From Spirochaetia bacterium (lineage in GTDB: Bacteria; Spirochaetota; Spirochaetia; UBA9216), in assembly GCA_963675665.1 (NCBI GenBank), contig OY776510.1:1216001-1280000 (forward strand): a stretch of DNA of 64,000 nt, given 5' to 3'. Shown here one piece after another: positions 29,155 through 38,811 of the stretch (its first letter is position 1; every line of letters starts with the position of its first letter). The notes beneath the pieces are model-generated. The model searched no databases. It was not told the DNA's origin and saw nothing but the letters and a program-made list of their open reading frames with translations. A program made the translations under genes and the position numbers.

Positions 29155-30216
29155 ATGATTGAGATTAGTACCCACATAAAAATAGCCGTTGCCGGATGCG
29201 GAAGTGCCGGACGGCATGACATAAGAGAATTTATGAAGACGGACGAGGTTGAGATAGTCGCCTGCTGTGATTCTGAGGAAGCAATTGCCCGGTTTACTTC
29301 AAAGGAATTCGGAATACCTTCATATTATACCGATATTGCAGGAATGCTTGATGCTGAGTCGGTTGATGCGCTTATTGTTGCGGTTCCGGACGGAGAGCAC
29401 CTGAAGGCTGCTTCAGAGGCGCTTAACAGGGGAGTACATGTGTTTTGTGAGAACCCTCTGGCCTCCAGCTATGCCGAGGCTGTAGAGATGACCAGGATGG
29501 CGCGTGACTCCGGTTTAATCGCGGTAGTGAACAGAACAGCGCTTGATACGCCCCTGATGAGGTCGGCTGTCAAATATGTCAAAACCGGCTCTCTTGGGCG
29601 TATAAGGTATTTTGAAGCTTCATTTATGCAGAACAGGCTGGATTCGGCTGTTCTGGATGATCCGTACGAGGAAAAGCGGCTCATATGGCGTCTTTCTTCT
29701 GCCGCAGGGTCAGGAGGAGCCATAGGGGAACTGGGATCAGTGCTTTTTGAGCTTGCCGCCTCGGTCTGTGGAGATCCTGCCGAGGTGTCGGCAATGATAA
29801 GCAATATTGGCGGTTTTGATGAAATTGATGAATACCGTGAGCTTGAACTGAATGCCGGCGACACATTTATCTGTCAGCTTGGTTTTGCCGGAGGTGCTGC
29901 CGGGGTAGTCCGGGGAAGCTGGATGTCCGGAGGCCCTTATGAACAGCTTACAATGGCGGTTTTCGGTGATAACGGAATGATTAAGCTTGATACCGCCGAA
30001 TCTGAAAATGAATTCAATTTGATTACGGCCGAAAGCAGCGTAAAAATTCCGGCGGACAGGACTGAAACCGGAATTTACGATAACTTCATCTCGGCTGTTA
30101 AGGGGGAGGCTGCGGCAGAATCAGGTTTTGATGAAAATCTTAAAATGCAGTATTTTATTGAGCAAAGCAGGCTGTCTGCCGACGGAGGCCTCAGGCTCGA
30201 GTTTGATTATCTGTAA
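29155..30216 (+). CDS. Gfo/Idh/MocA family oxidoreductase
   Basis: IAVAGCGSAG and HVFCENPLA; the real start is probably 29155, and the longer ORF overlaps rlmG on the other strand. Confidence 0.85.
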   Translation: MIEISTHIKIAVAGCGSAGRHDIREFMKTDEVEIVACCDSEEAIARFTSKEFGIPSYYTDIAGMLDAESVDALIVAVPDGEHLKAASEALNRGVHVFCENPLASSYAEAVEMTRMARDSGLIAVVNRTALDTPLMRSAVKYVKTGSLGRIRYFEASFMQNRLDSAVLDDPYEEKRLIWRLSSAAGSGGAIGELGSVLFELAASVCGDPAEVSAMISNIGGFDEIDEYRELELNAGDTFICQLGFAGGAAGVVRGSWMSGGPYEQLTMAVFGDNGMIKLDTAESENEFNLITAESSVKIPADRTETGIYDNFISAVKGEAAAESGFDENLKMQYFIEQSRLSADGGLRLEFDYL

Positions 30217-30917
30217 TCGGAAAAGCTTGTAATCGCTTCAAAACGTCTTTTTATTATCAGCATGTTAACCTTTCCCGACATCTTAAGCTGGTCGAGTACC
30301 CATTGTCTGCTGTCGCCTGTTTTGTATTCCAGGCCGATATTCATCTCTTCGACAAACGGGAAAAGCGGTTCGATTCGGTATTCAATGCTGACTGCCTGAC
30401 CGTTTTGTTTGTTTATCCAGACTGTGCCTATGCCGTTGTATTTATCGTTAAGCCTAATTTTAAACTCCCACACTGTACAGTACTGGTTGTTTCTGTATTC
30501 TGATCTGCCGGTATTCACGGCATAAACATCCTCCTGAATTCCCGGATCCAGCGGGTGCTTCTGCATGCCTTCCGTATCGGTACCTTCAGGCGGGCCGCCG
30601 CGGCTTTTTCCGTCGTTCTTCTCCAGCTCTCTTAGTTTCTTTACGGTAATATCCTTTCCGTCTTCCGTCGCTCTTAAAAGCTGCTGTACAGTTTCTCCGC
30701 TGCTGTCGTAGCTCAGTCTGTAAACCTGTTCTTCCGTTTTTTCCAGATTGCCTTTTCCGTCATATGTTTCCGAGAATATTACCATCCTGTAGGGTTTTAA
30801 TTCGGCACTTTCGCTGTAGACCTCTACTGCCCTGTCCCAGTCCGATACAGCATAAACCGGCGATACGGTCGTAATTATGAGGATGCAAAATATGGATATA
30901 ACTGAAGTTTTCAACAC
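30207..30917 (-). CDS. Exported hypothetical protein
   Basis: Signal peptide ending VYA; beta-rich C-terminus. Confidence 0.7.
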   Translation of the reverse strand: MLKTSVISIFCILIITTVSPVYAVSDWDRAVEVYSESAELKPYRMVIFSETYDGKGNLEKTEEQVYRLSYDSSGETVQQLLRATEDGKDITVKKLRELEKNDGKSRGGPPEGTDTEGMQKHPLDPGIQEDVYAVNTGRSEYRNNQYCTVWEFKIRLNDKYNGIGTVWINKQNGQAVSIEYRIEPLFPFVEEMNIGLEYKTGDSRQWVLDQLKMSGKVNMLIIKRRFEAITSFSDYR

Positions 30918-30999
30918 GATGTTTTAATTATAACCCGAAATTTACTTTTTACATTATGGGAATCACTAAAAAATGCAGTTTTCAGAGATTTGCCTTACT

Positions 31000-32370
31000 T
31001 TATTCAGAAAATAGCGGAAGCATAACAATAAAACAATTACCTGTATCTTTGCCGCATTCCAGCCGTATTTCACCCTGATGGAGTTCTGCAATCTTTTTTG
31101 CTATCGACAGGCCCAGGCCGCGTCCCGGTTCATTGTTTTCAAAACTAGTCCCGGTTCTGAAAAACCGATCGAATATCTTTTCGCGGTAATCAGAATTTAT
31201 TGCCTGCCCTTCGTCACAAACGCTGATCTCAATGCTGCTGTTGTTCTTTTTAACACCTACGGTGATTCTGCTTCCGTCCGGAGAATATTTGATTGCATTT
31301 TTAATCAGGTTGCCGAGCACTGTGCTGATTCTGATTACGTCGATGTTTAAAGAAGGCAAATTGTCAGGGAGTTTCCCGACAGCGAGTATATGGTTTCTCA
31401 CTGCCGCCTGCGGGATCCACCGGGCTGTTTCTTCGGAAATCAGTCTGTCTATCGGGAATCTCTCCAAATTCAGTTTGTATTCGCCGGAATCCGTTTCCGC
31501 GAGCCAGTCGAGATCGTAAACAATATTATTTAGCGAGTCGACCTCGTTTATGATCTGAAGAGCTGCTTCTCCGGACGGCACCAGTTCATCCAGCAGACCG
31601 CGGGCCTCAAGGCGAATGTTGTTAAGAGGGGTATTTATCTCGTGGGAAACATCGGAAAGCAATTGTTTTCTGGATTCCCGCTGGTTTTGCAGGGACGTGA
31701 GCATTTGAATGAAAGCCCTGCTCAGACGTCCAAGTTCATCCGAAGATGAAGGCATAACGGGTATACTGCTTCTTTTTTCGGTTATTGCCTGTGCTGCTTC
31801 TGTCAATTTTATTACCGGCCGCGTTATCCGGCGTGAAAAGAGAAGACTTAGAAAAATCGCAATGGCTGCAGTAATTAAACCCTTATAAATCCCGGATTTC
31901 AACAAATTCGAGATGTACACGCGTGAATGCTCGATAATATAATCTCGGCTGATATAGATAGTTACAATACCTACTGTTTCAGAAGTTCTGAAATCGATAA
32001 TCTGTTCAGATTCTCCCTCAATTAATTCTGTGTTTTCTATCCTGGTTATATTTGAAAAACTGTTGTAAAGCGTTTTATCGTTGTTGTCCCTGATGATAAT
32101 TCGCAGAGTTGCGTCTTCCAGCGTATTAAGGCTTTCAAGATTAATTAAACGCTGAACTTCGGGCCGCAGATTGGCCCATCCGGCATCACGGGTATAAGTT
32201 GCACTGAGGTGCCGGGCTATTGACTTCGTTCTGATCTCCGTAAACAGTCGGGGAAGCTGTGATGTGTAAGTGTAATAATCAAACAATGAGCTGATTGTCA
32301 GTGTCGACAGTATGATCAGCAGAAAATATACCAGAACCTGGAAGTAGATAGATCTCAGTTTCAGTTGCAT
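31000..32370 (-). CDS. Sensor histidine kinase (HAMP, BaeS-like)
   Basis: Two TM helices, HAMP, H-box SHEINTPL, N-box NLIKNAIKY and G2 box GRGLGL. Confidence 0.92.
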   Translation of the reverse strand: MQLKLRSIYFQVLVYFLLIILSTLTISSLFDYYTYTSQLPRLFTEIRTKSIARHLSATYTRDAGWANLRPEVQRLINLESLNTLEDATLRIIIRDNNDKTLYNSFSNITRIENTELIEGESEQIIDFRTSETVGIVTIYISRDYIIEHSRVYISNLLKSGIYKGLITAAIAIFLSLLFSRRITRPVIKLTEAAQAITEKRSSIPVMPSSSDELGRLSRAFIQMLTSLQNQRESRKQLLSDVSHEINTPLNNIRLEARGLLDELVPSGEAALQIINEVDSLNNIVYDLDWLAETDSGEYKLNLERFPIDRLISEETARWIPQAAVRNHILAVGKLPDNLPSLNIDVIRISTVLGNLIKNAIKYSPDGSRITVGVKKNNSSIEISVCDEGQAINSDYREKIFDRFFRTGTSFENNEPGRGLGLSIAKKIAELHQGEIRLECGKDTGNCFIVMLPLFSE

Positions 32371-33032
32371 ACAAGTTTATAGCCGCCTCCGTAGACAGTT
32401 TGAATCGGTTTGAATCCGTTGCTGTGAATCAGTTTTCTTAACCGGCGAATATGAGTGTCGATTGCGCGTTCATATCCGTCAAAGTCATTATCAAAAGCCA
32501 GTTCGATTATCCTGCGGCGCGTAAGTACGATACCTGAATTTCTTATCAGAACAGCGAATACTGCAAATTGAGCATGTGTCAGTAGGGTTGGAATGCCGTC
32601 TATAAGAACTGTTTCGGTCTCTTCGTCCAGTTGGATGGGGCCGCAGACAAGCCCGGTTTTTACCCGCTTTCCGGTTCTTCGAAGGACAGCTTTTATTCTG
32701 ACAATAACCTCTTCGGGTTCAAACGGTTTCACTATATAATCATCCGCGCCCCCGTCAAGTCCTTTGATCCTGTCTTCCTTGCTGCCCTTTGCTGTAAGCA
32801 TAATAATCGGTACGTCCGATTCTTTCCGGAGGATGCGGCATATTTCCGTTCCGCTCAGCTGCGGCAGCATAAGATCCAGAAGGACAAGGTCGGGTTTTTT
32901 TTCGCGGGCCATATTTAACCCGGTTTGGCCGTCATGGGCAATTACAGCGCTGAAACCTGCTCTTTCAAGGTATATTTTCAACCAGTAAGCGCTTCTGACT
33001 TCATCTTCTACCACAAGGATGGTTGTTTCCAA
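32361..33032 (-). CDS. OmpR-family response regulator
   Basis: LVVEDE, LLDLMLP, GADDYIVKPF, IDTHIRRLR and IQTVYGGGY. Confidence 0.95.
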   Translation of the reverse strand: METTILVVEDEVRSAYWLKIYLERAGFSAVIAHDGQTGLNMAREKKPDLVLLDLMLPQLSGTEICRILRKESDVPIIMLTAKGSKEDRIKGLDGGADDYIVKPFEPEEVIVRIKAVLRRTGKRVKTGLVCGPIQLDEETETVLIDGIPTLLTHAQFAVFAVLIRNSGIVLTRRRIIELAFDNDFDGYERAIDTHIRRLRKLIHSNGFKPIQTVYGGGYKLVCN

Positions 33033-33041
33033 ATTATCGCC

Positions 33042-33812
33042 TTATCTGCGTTGCCCGGAACTGCCGGCTTGCGGTTTTTGTTTCTCCTCGCTGTTGCCGT
33101 CGGAGGATTGTGCCTCAGGTTCCCTTGAAGCGGTACCGGGCTTTTGCTGGTTACTGTTCTGAAGTTCGCGGTCGTTGTTTTGAGCGGAACGAATATTTTC
33201 GTTTTGAATATATTGTCTTTCCATTGAGTCAAAAGTTTTTAATATTTCTTCCTGAGTGACAAGACCGTTTTTCAGGGAGAGAATATGTTCTTTGAGCCTG
33301 AAATATTCTTCGTCATACTCAAGACCCACCATGTCGTAATAATTATTAAGATAATCAAGAAGTTCATTCGTATACGTTTTATTAATATCCGGAATTTCGA
33401 CTTTTTGGGCAAGCAGAGAGACTAATTCCCGTTTATATTGTTCTGATTCTTTTCGGTATGTTTCCTGGCGGAACTTCATCAGCTTGCCTTCCTGCAGGAG
33501 CTGGAAGTAGAAGTGTCCTTCGTTAGGGGTCATTGTCCGTTCTGCAGTACGATCCATTATAGATTCAAGGATTCCGGCTTCATCGGTGTATGATATACTG
33601 TATTTTGTTCGCAGGTTTTTAAGCTGCTCTTTTGCGGTTCTGTTATCTATTTTTCCTGCAGCAAGCTCAACGATTGTTTCATCGAATTCCTGTTCAAGTT
33701 CATCTTTATATGCCTGTTTGTTTTCCCAGGAACCCATAGCCGCAAGAGTTGCGGCCGGGATGAGTACCATAAAAAAGAATACAATTGTAAAACCAGGTTT
33801 ATATCTTTTCAT
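33042..33812 (-). CDS. Exported helical protein, paralog of 33859-34356
   Basis: Signal peptide ...LAAMGSWE; low-complexity S/Q tail. Confidence 0.7.
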   Translation of the reverse strand: MKRYKPGFTIVFFFMVLIPAATLAAMGSWENKQAYKDELEQEFDETIVELAAGKIDNRTAKEQLKNLRTKYSISYTDEAGILESIMDRTAERTMTPNEGHFYFQLLQEGKLMKFRQETYRKESEQYKRELVSLLAQKVEIPDINKTYTNELLDYLNNYYDMVGLEYDEEYFRLKEHILSLKNGLVTQEEILKTFDSMERQYIQNENIRSAQNNDRELQNSNQQKPGTASREPEAQSSDGNSEEKQKPQAGSSGQRR

Positions 33813-33858
33813 TCAGAATTCTCCTTACAGTATACACCCCGACAAAGTCAATCGCAAT

Positions 33859-34356
33859 TTACTTTTTTGTTTTACCGGAACTGCTGCTTTTGGTTGATCC
33901 TCCGGAGCTGCTTCCTCCGGAAGCTGACTGTTCTTTTCCGATTTCATTTTGGGATTGTGTATTGATTTGCTCCATGTTTCGATTTGTGTTTTTAACCTGT
34001 TCCTGCAATTTCGCTTCCGGTATGTCCTCACATTCCTCCAGAAGCCGGAACTGTTCCATTACCTGTGCTTTTGTCATTACTTTAGTCTGCATGGAAATCA
34101 CCAACTGTTCCATTTTCCGATAATCGGCATTATTCTCCCTGTCATAATCGACACGAAAATCATGCAATTCTTCTATTGCTGCTTCCGCATCAATTTCACC
34201 GGCTTCCACCAAATCTGTAAGCCGGATAAACTCCGCCTGCAGCGCTTCCGGATAAGGTTTCTCACTGTTGCCCATTGCGGCGGCCGTCATGGGTATAACC
34301 AGTAACAACGACATGATTATCAATCCTTTGATGATTACTTCTTTAAGTGTTTTCAT
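33859..34356 (-). CDS. Exported helical protein with Ser/Gly-rich tail
   Basis: AGGAG SD; signal peptide ...AAAMGNSE. Confidence 0.75.
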   Translation of the reverse strand: MKTLKEVIIKGLIIMSLLLVIPMTAAAMGNSEKPYPEALQAEFIRLTDLVEAGEIDAEAAIEELHDFRVDYDRENNADYRKMEQLVISMQTKVMTKAQVMEQFRLLEECEDIPEAKLQEQVKNTNRNMEQINTQSQNEIGKEQSASGGSSSGGSTKSSSSGKTKK

Positions 34357-34608
34357 ACAAATACTCCTCTTGATAAATAATCAAACCTGCTTAAATCAGG
34401 TTATATCTGAAATTTAGCAACAGATTGTGGCGGAATTATGTCCGTTTAAAATAATATGAGATGGGAACCGCTAATAACCCTAAATTTGGCTTACTATCGG
34501 TTCTCTGGAGTTTACTTATTTACTGTTAAGGAGATAAGTAAACATCCGTTACATCTATAGATCCCGGATTTAATTTTTATTGATCTTTTTAAATACAATT
34601 GATACAAT

Positions 34609-34627
34609 TCCTATATACTTGGTAGGA
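34609..34627. promoter_or_regulatory. Putative Rrf2 operator, TCCTA-N9-TAGGA
   Basis: Palindrome immediately before the Rrf2 ATG; a second similar site lies at 35100-35118. Confidence 0.6.
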
Positions 34628-34633
34628 TTTGTA

Positions 34634-35035
34634 ATGAAAATTTCTTCAAAAACAGAATATGCTCTTCTTGCTTTGATCGATTTGGCCAGACATGCGCAGG
34701 GCGGTTATATCAAAATACCGGATATCTGTGAAAGGAACTCAATTCCCAGGAAATTTCTGGAACAGATTCTGATTACATTAAAGGGCGCGGGACTGGTAAG
34801 AAGCAGAAGAGGGCAGGACGGGGGCTACACGCTTGCCGGGGATGCTTCCGAGATATCTCTTGCAACGGTTATCAGGCTGCTTGACGGGCCTCTGGCGTCG
34901 GTAAGTTCGGTAAGCAAGTATTTTTATACCAAAACTCCTATTGAACAGAATGAAAAGCTGATTTCAGTTTTTCGGGAGGTTCGTGATTATATTTCAAACA
35001 GGATGGAGTCCACAACACTCGATCAGCTGATTTAA
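34634..35035 (+). CDS. Rrf2-family regulator (CymR-like, lacks the Fe-S cysteine triad)
   Basis: MKISSKTEYAL, FLEQIL..LK..GLV.S.RG..GGY and LDGP. Confidence 0.92.
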   Translation: MKISSKTEYALLALIDLARHAQGGYIKIPDICERNSIPRKFLEQILITLKGAGLVRSRRGQDGGYTLAGDASEISLATVIRLLDGPLASVSSVSKYFYTKTPIEQNEKLISVFREVRDYISNRMESTTLDQLI

Positions 35036-35099
35036 ATACCTGTAGAGATGCTTTCAAAACCCGGTTTGTTTTGGAAGAGCTTCTATAGTATATTATAAA

Positions 35100-35118
35100 G
35101 TCTACTATGTAGATAGAC
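35100..35118. promoter_or_regulatory. Putative Rrf2 operator, GTCTA-N9-TAGAC, upstream of the TauE gene
   Basis: Same geometry as the site at 34609-34627. Confidence 0.6.
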
Positions 35119-35138
35119 AAAGTATGTTAGGAGATATT

Positions 35139-35981
35139 ATGGGAACTTCAATTGCCTTATTTACCGGAATCATGATTATTGTGCTTGGTTTTCTTGCGGA
35201 GTATATGGATTCGTCTCTTGGAATGGGTTACGGAACCTCGCTTACGCCCATCCTGATGATAATGGGGTTTGAACCCCTGCAGATTGTGCCTGCTATTCTG
35301 TTGTCCGAACTTATTACCGGTATTCTGGCGGGGATTCTGCACAGCAGGGTGGGTAATACAAAATTCAGCATTGAGCTGAACAGGGAGCAGAATGTTGCAA
35401 CTGCCGTTAAAACCGGCAGGATAATCAGCCTGATAAGAAATTCTGTTTCAAGAGATCTGAAAGTAGTTTGTGTAATCTCGGTCTTCAGTATAATAGGAGC
35501 TCTTGCCTCGGTTTCTCTTGCCCTTTCCATTTCAAAATTCGCGCTTAAGACATATATAGGTATCCTTGTTGTTGTTATAGGCGTAGTTTTAATACTAACC
35601 GCCAGAAAAAACTTCAGTTTTTCCTGGAAACGAATAATCATGCTCAGTGTTATAGCTTCATTCAACAAGGGTATGAGCGGAGGGGGGTATGGTCCTGTTG
35701 TGACCGGCGGACAGATGCTGTCAGGTGTAGACAATAAATCGGCAATAGGCATAACGTCTTTGTCCGAGGGGCTGACCTGCGCCGCAGGACTGCTTCTGTA
35801 TTTTCTCTTTCCGGAAAAGCTTGATTTTACGCTTTTTCCATATCTGATTGCAGGGGCCATTCTGTCGGTTCCGCTTTCGGTAATGACTGTTAAAAAGGTT
35901 AACTCTGACAATCTGCGCTATGTGATAGGCGGTTTTACAATATTACTTGGAAGTTTTACCCTGATTAAACTCTTTATTTGA
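35139..35981 (+). CDS. Sulfite exporter TauE/SafE family protein
   Basis: DSSLGMGYGT.LTP and GMSGGGYGP repeats; about 8 TM helices. Confidence 0.88.
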   Translation: MGTSIALFTGIMIIVLGFLAEYMDSSLGMGYGTSLTPILMIMGFEPLQIVPAILLSELITGILAGILHSRVGNTKFSIELNREQNVATAVKTGRIISLIRNSVSRDLKVVCVISVFSIIGALASVSLALSISKFALKTYIGILVVVIGVVLILTARKNFSFSWKRIIMLSVIASFNKGMSGGGYGPVVTGGQMLSGVDNKSAIGITSLSEGLTCAAGLLLYFLFPEKLDFTLFPYLIAGAILSVPLSVMTVKKVNSDNLRYVIGGFTILLGSFTLIKLFI

Positions 35982-36062
35982 CGATTAAGGGACATTAACG
36001 GGAGTAAACAGGTTATATTCAGGTTGATCATTTTGTTACAATGTAATACAAAATGATCCTAT

Positions 36063-36746
36063 ATGAAGAAACAGTTAAACGTTTTGCTCCTGTTTATACT
36101 CGCGATAACAGTAAGCTCATGTTCTACCGTCAAATCCGGGGATTCGGCAGTTCCTCATTCTGTTGAAAAATACCTTCAGGAAAACGGAACAGATTTTGTT
36201 CATTATGAGATAAGCGAAGTAAATTCCGGAAACGGGTATAATTACCATAAACATTCTTATAATGTTTATGAAGATATTGAAACGGTCTGGTTTGATTACA
36301 GGAACACCAATCCTGTTCTTGCTTTCGACAGCCATATAATAGATTTCGGCATTGTATTCAATCCTGAAGATTCAGCAGTATACACCTCCGGCGACTCGTT
36401 TATGCCGCCTTTTGGTGAAGGGCAGATATATATTCTGAGTCTGAAATTTATGGGTATTTACAGTATTCCTGTTGCTTTTAAGGTAAATAAAATAGATTCT
36501 CAAAACAAGATGATTGAATTTATATATCTTAAAAATAATGTGTCGAATGGTTTTCAGCGAATATTTCTGAAACAGGATTATGATTCAAAGGGAATGCCCA
36601 TTACGCATATAGATCATGTCTCTTTCTTCAAAAGCGAACATGGGTTTCGCGATAAATTCATATACCCGCCTTTCCATCAGGATACAATCGATGATTTTCA
36701 TGAGAACGTATTTAAACTTAACAGGTTGAGCTGGTATATTCCGTAA
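36063..36746 (+). CDS. Lipoprotein of unknown function
   Basis: Lipobox TVSS-C after a hydrophobic signal peptide. Confidence 0.7.
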   Translation: MKKQLNVLLLFILAITVSSCSTVKSGDSAVPHSVEKYLQENGTDFVHYEISEVNSGNGYNYHKHSYNVYEDIETVWFDYRNTNPVLAFDSHIIDFGIVFNPEDSAVYTSGDSFMPPFGEGQIYILSLKFMGIYSIPVAFKVNKIDSQNKMIEFIYLKNNVSNGFQRIFLKQDYDSKGMPITHIDHVSFFKSEHGFRDKFIYPPFHQDTIDDFHENVFKLNRLSWYIP

Positions 36747-36825
36747 ACAGATGTTTGCTGTTGAGACTTCAGGCATGTTTGTTGTAAACACGGCGCCCCT
36801 GTCTCAACAGCTTAATTAAAAACTA

Positions 36826-37548
36826 TTAATCATCAAAGGCCATGCTGGTTTTCCACTCTTTCCAGACGTTGCCTACCAGTTCCGGAGAAGGTTTCAGGGT
36901 TTTTTTACCCGGCTTCCAGCCTGACGGCGTTGCCTCGGTTCCCTTCTTCTCTCTTACAAGTTGGAAGGCCTGTACCTGCCGAAGTGTTTCGCTGACATTC
37001 CTTCCTACCGGAGGAGTAAGTACTTCAAATCCCTGAATAATTCCGTCGGGATCTATCAGAAATCTTCCCCTGGTATTTACTCCGGCGTCAGCATCATAGA
37101 CTCCGTAAGATGTACCGATCCGCCCGCCTCCGTCTGAAAGCATTGGATAAGGCACACCGCCTTCTACCATTTTCGATAATTCATTATCATTCCACATTTT
37201 GTGAACAAAAACACTGTCCACACTCATTGAAAGAACTGTAACTCCCAGTTTTTCGAATTCCGCGTATTTTTCGGCGACCGCCGAAATTTCCGTGCTTCAA
37301 ACAAATGTGAAATCACCCGGGTAGAAGCATAATACAACCCATTTTCCGATGTACTCGGAAAGCTTCACTTCTACGAATTTACCTTTGTGATAAGCGGCGG
37401 CTGTAAAATCCGGCGCTTTTTGTCCTACCTTGATCATAGGTTTGTTTTCCTCCTGTACTTTTTGTTCAACGGAGTCCGTCGGAACGGTTTCTCCGCCCAC
37501 GGGGCCGCTTTTAGGTCGCTGGCACCCCGGTTTGAATTCTTCAGGCAT
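36826..37548 (-). CDS. prxU: Selenocysteine-containing peroxiredoxin (AhpC/PrxU type), 240 aa; UGA at 37299-37297 read as Sec
   Basis: [22 protein letters not shown] continues in frame into SVDS...WKPG, and the UGA sits at the peroxidatic Cys position. AAGGAGG SD precedes the ATG at 37548. Confidence 0.9.
37269..37286 (-). promoter_or_regulatory. Bacterial SECIS hairpin
   Basis: UUUCGGC-GGUC-GCCGAAA begins 10 nt after the UGA and has a G-containing apical loop. Confidence 0.8.
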
Positions 37549-37625
37549 TCCCGCCTCCTTCCCTGTGCTGTTATACCGGCATATTCCGGTGGAACAGCAA
37601 GGTATCAATAACTTTATAATTAATA

Positions 37626-37640
37626 TTGTAATGCTTATAA
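37626..37640 (-). promoter_or_regulatory. PerR/Fur-like box overlapping the prxU promoter
   Basis: TTATAAGCATTACAA compared with the Per consensus TTATAATnATTATAA; it lies within TTGCTA-16 nt-TACAAT. Confidence 0.55.
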
Positions 37641-37715
37641 TTCAGATAGCAAGAAATATTTAGGCGGAATCTGGCCGGAATCCGTAAATTGGCGGTCGAA
37701 TATTTTTTCCTGTAA

Positions 37716-38120
37716 TTACTTGGCCGCCTGGCTGATTGCGTCTTCGACGGCGGCCAGTATTGCGCTGCTTGTACAGGTGGCGCCCGATACAACATCAACG
37801 TCTGTCGACTGTTGCAATACAATATCATCGGGAATTATATTTATTGCCCGCTGATAATACTGCCTTCCGACCTCATTGTGATCGACGACCTCAACTTCTA
37901 CAAGTTCGGAATTCTCTATGGTTACCTCAACAACAAGCCCGGGTCTGAACCCGTCTGCTGTTCCGGTGTAGATCCCGTCGGAAAGTTCATATCCTTCAAG
38001 TGTTAAGCCTTGAGGGACCGAATAATTGCTTCGTAATCCATGGGCCGAGACTGATGCTGCAGATAATAACAGCAGCGCCGTCATAATTAATAATGCTTTG
38101 CGAAAGTATGATTTAGTCAT
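37716..38120 (-). CDS. Exported FMN-binding protein (covalent flavinylation motif)
   Basis: Signal peptide; DGIYTG.ADGF and DVVSGAT motifs. Confidence 0.88.
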   Translation of the reverse strand: MTKSYFRKALLIMTALLLLSAASVSAHGLRSNYSVPQGLTLEGYELSDGIYTGTADGFRPGLVVEVTIENSELVEVEVVDHNEVGRQYYQRAINIIPDDIVLQQSTDVDVVSGATCTSSAILAAVEDAISQAAK

Positions 38121-38811
38121 TTTTTGCTCCTTTTTTCTGAAAAACAGGCCCGTATGTGAGTGTGTTTTTTACGGGACATGCGCTTATGCATTCAAAGCAG
38201 TTTATGCATTGAAAGTTCCTGATATGCTTTTTTTCCGAAATCTTCACCTGTGTCGGGCATTTCCTGTCGCAGGCTCCGCAGCTTATGCAGGTTTTTTCAT
38301 TGCGTCGGATGCTGAAAAGCCTGGCGAGGCTGATGATTCCGTAACGGGCTCCTTCTGTGCACATATACCTGCAGAAAGGACGTTCTATTACAAGTGATGA
38401 CAGAATAACCGCCCCAAGCAGGATCCATGCTGCTGTTGTAATGCGTGAAATGTTTCCCAGCATTACACCCGTAAAGCTTCCGTAAGGGCTTGTTATAAAC
38501 AGGGTGAACGCCAGTCCTGTAAACGCAAGAGCCAGAAGGATATATCTGCTTAGCCTGAGCCACTTCTCGACTTTTCCGGGTATTTTGATTAGCGGAAGTC
38601 TAAAAAGTCTCCCAAGCCGGCCTGACCACTCCTGCACCGCTCCGAACGGGCAAAGCCAGCCGCAGAAGAATGCTCCGGCAATAAGTGCTGTTCCCATAAG
38701 TGCGATTATAATAATGAAGCTTTGCCCGATAATACCGGCAGCAAGTGTAATGCCGTATATGATCGGTAAAATTAACCTTACTATTTGATATGATCTGATT
38801 GGTTTTCTCAT
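38113..38811 (-). CDS. Membrane 4Fe-4S polyferredoxin (NapH/MauN-like)
   Basis: FCGWLCPFG, RPFCRYMC and two CxxCxxCxxxCP motifs. Confidence 0.88.
   Translation of the reverse strand: MRKPIRSYQIVRLILPIIYGITLAAGIIGQSFIIIIALMGTALIAGAFFCGWLCPFGAVQEWSGRLGRLFRLPLIKIPGKVEKWLRLSRYILLALAFTGLAFTLFITSPYGSFTGVMLGNISRITTAAWILLGAVILSSLVIERPFCRYMCTEGARYGIISLARLFSIRRNEKTCISCGACDRKCPTQVKISEKKHIRNFQCINCFECISACPVKNTLTYGPVFQKKGAKND

Noticed and set aside
36826-37608. Peroxiredoxin as a split pseudogene
   Set aside because: The stop is UGA exactly at the catalytic Cys position, with a SECIS hairpin downstream; Sec recoding fits better.
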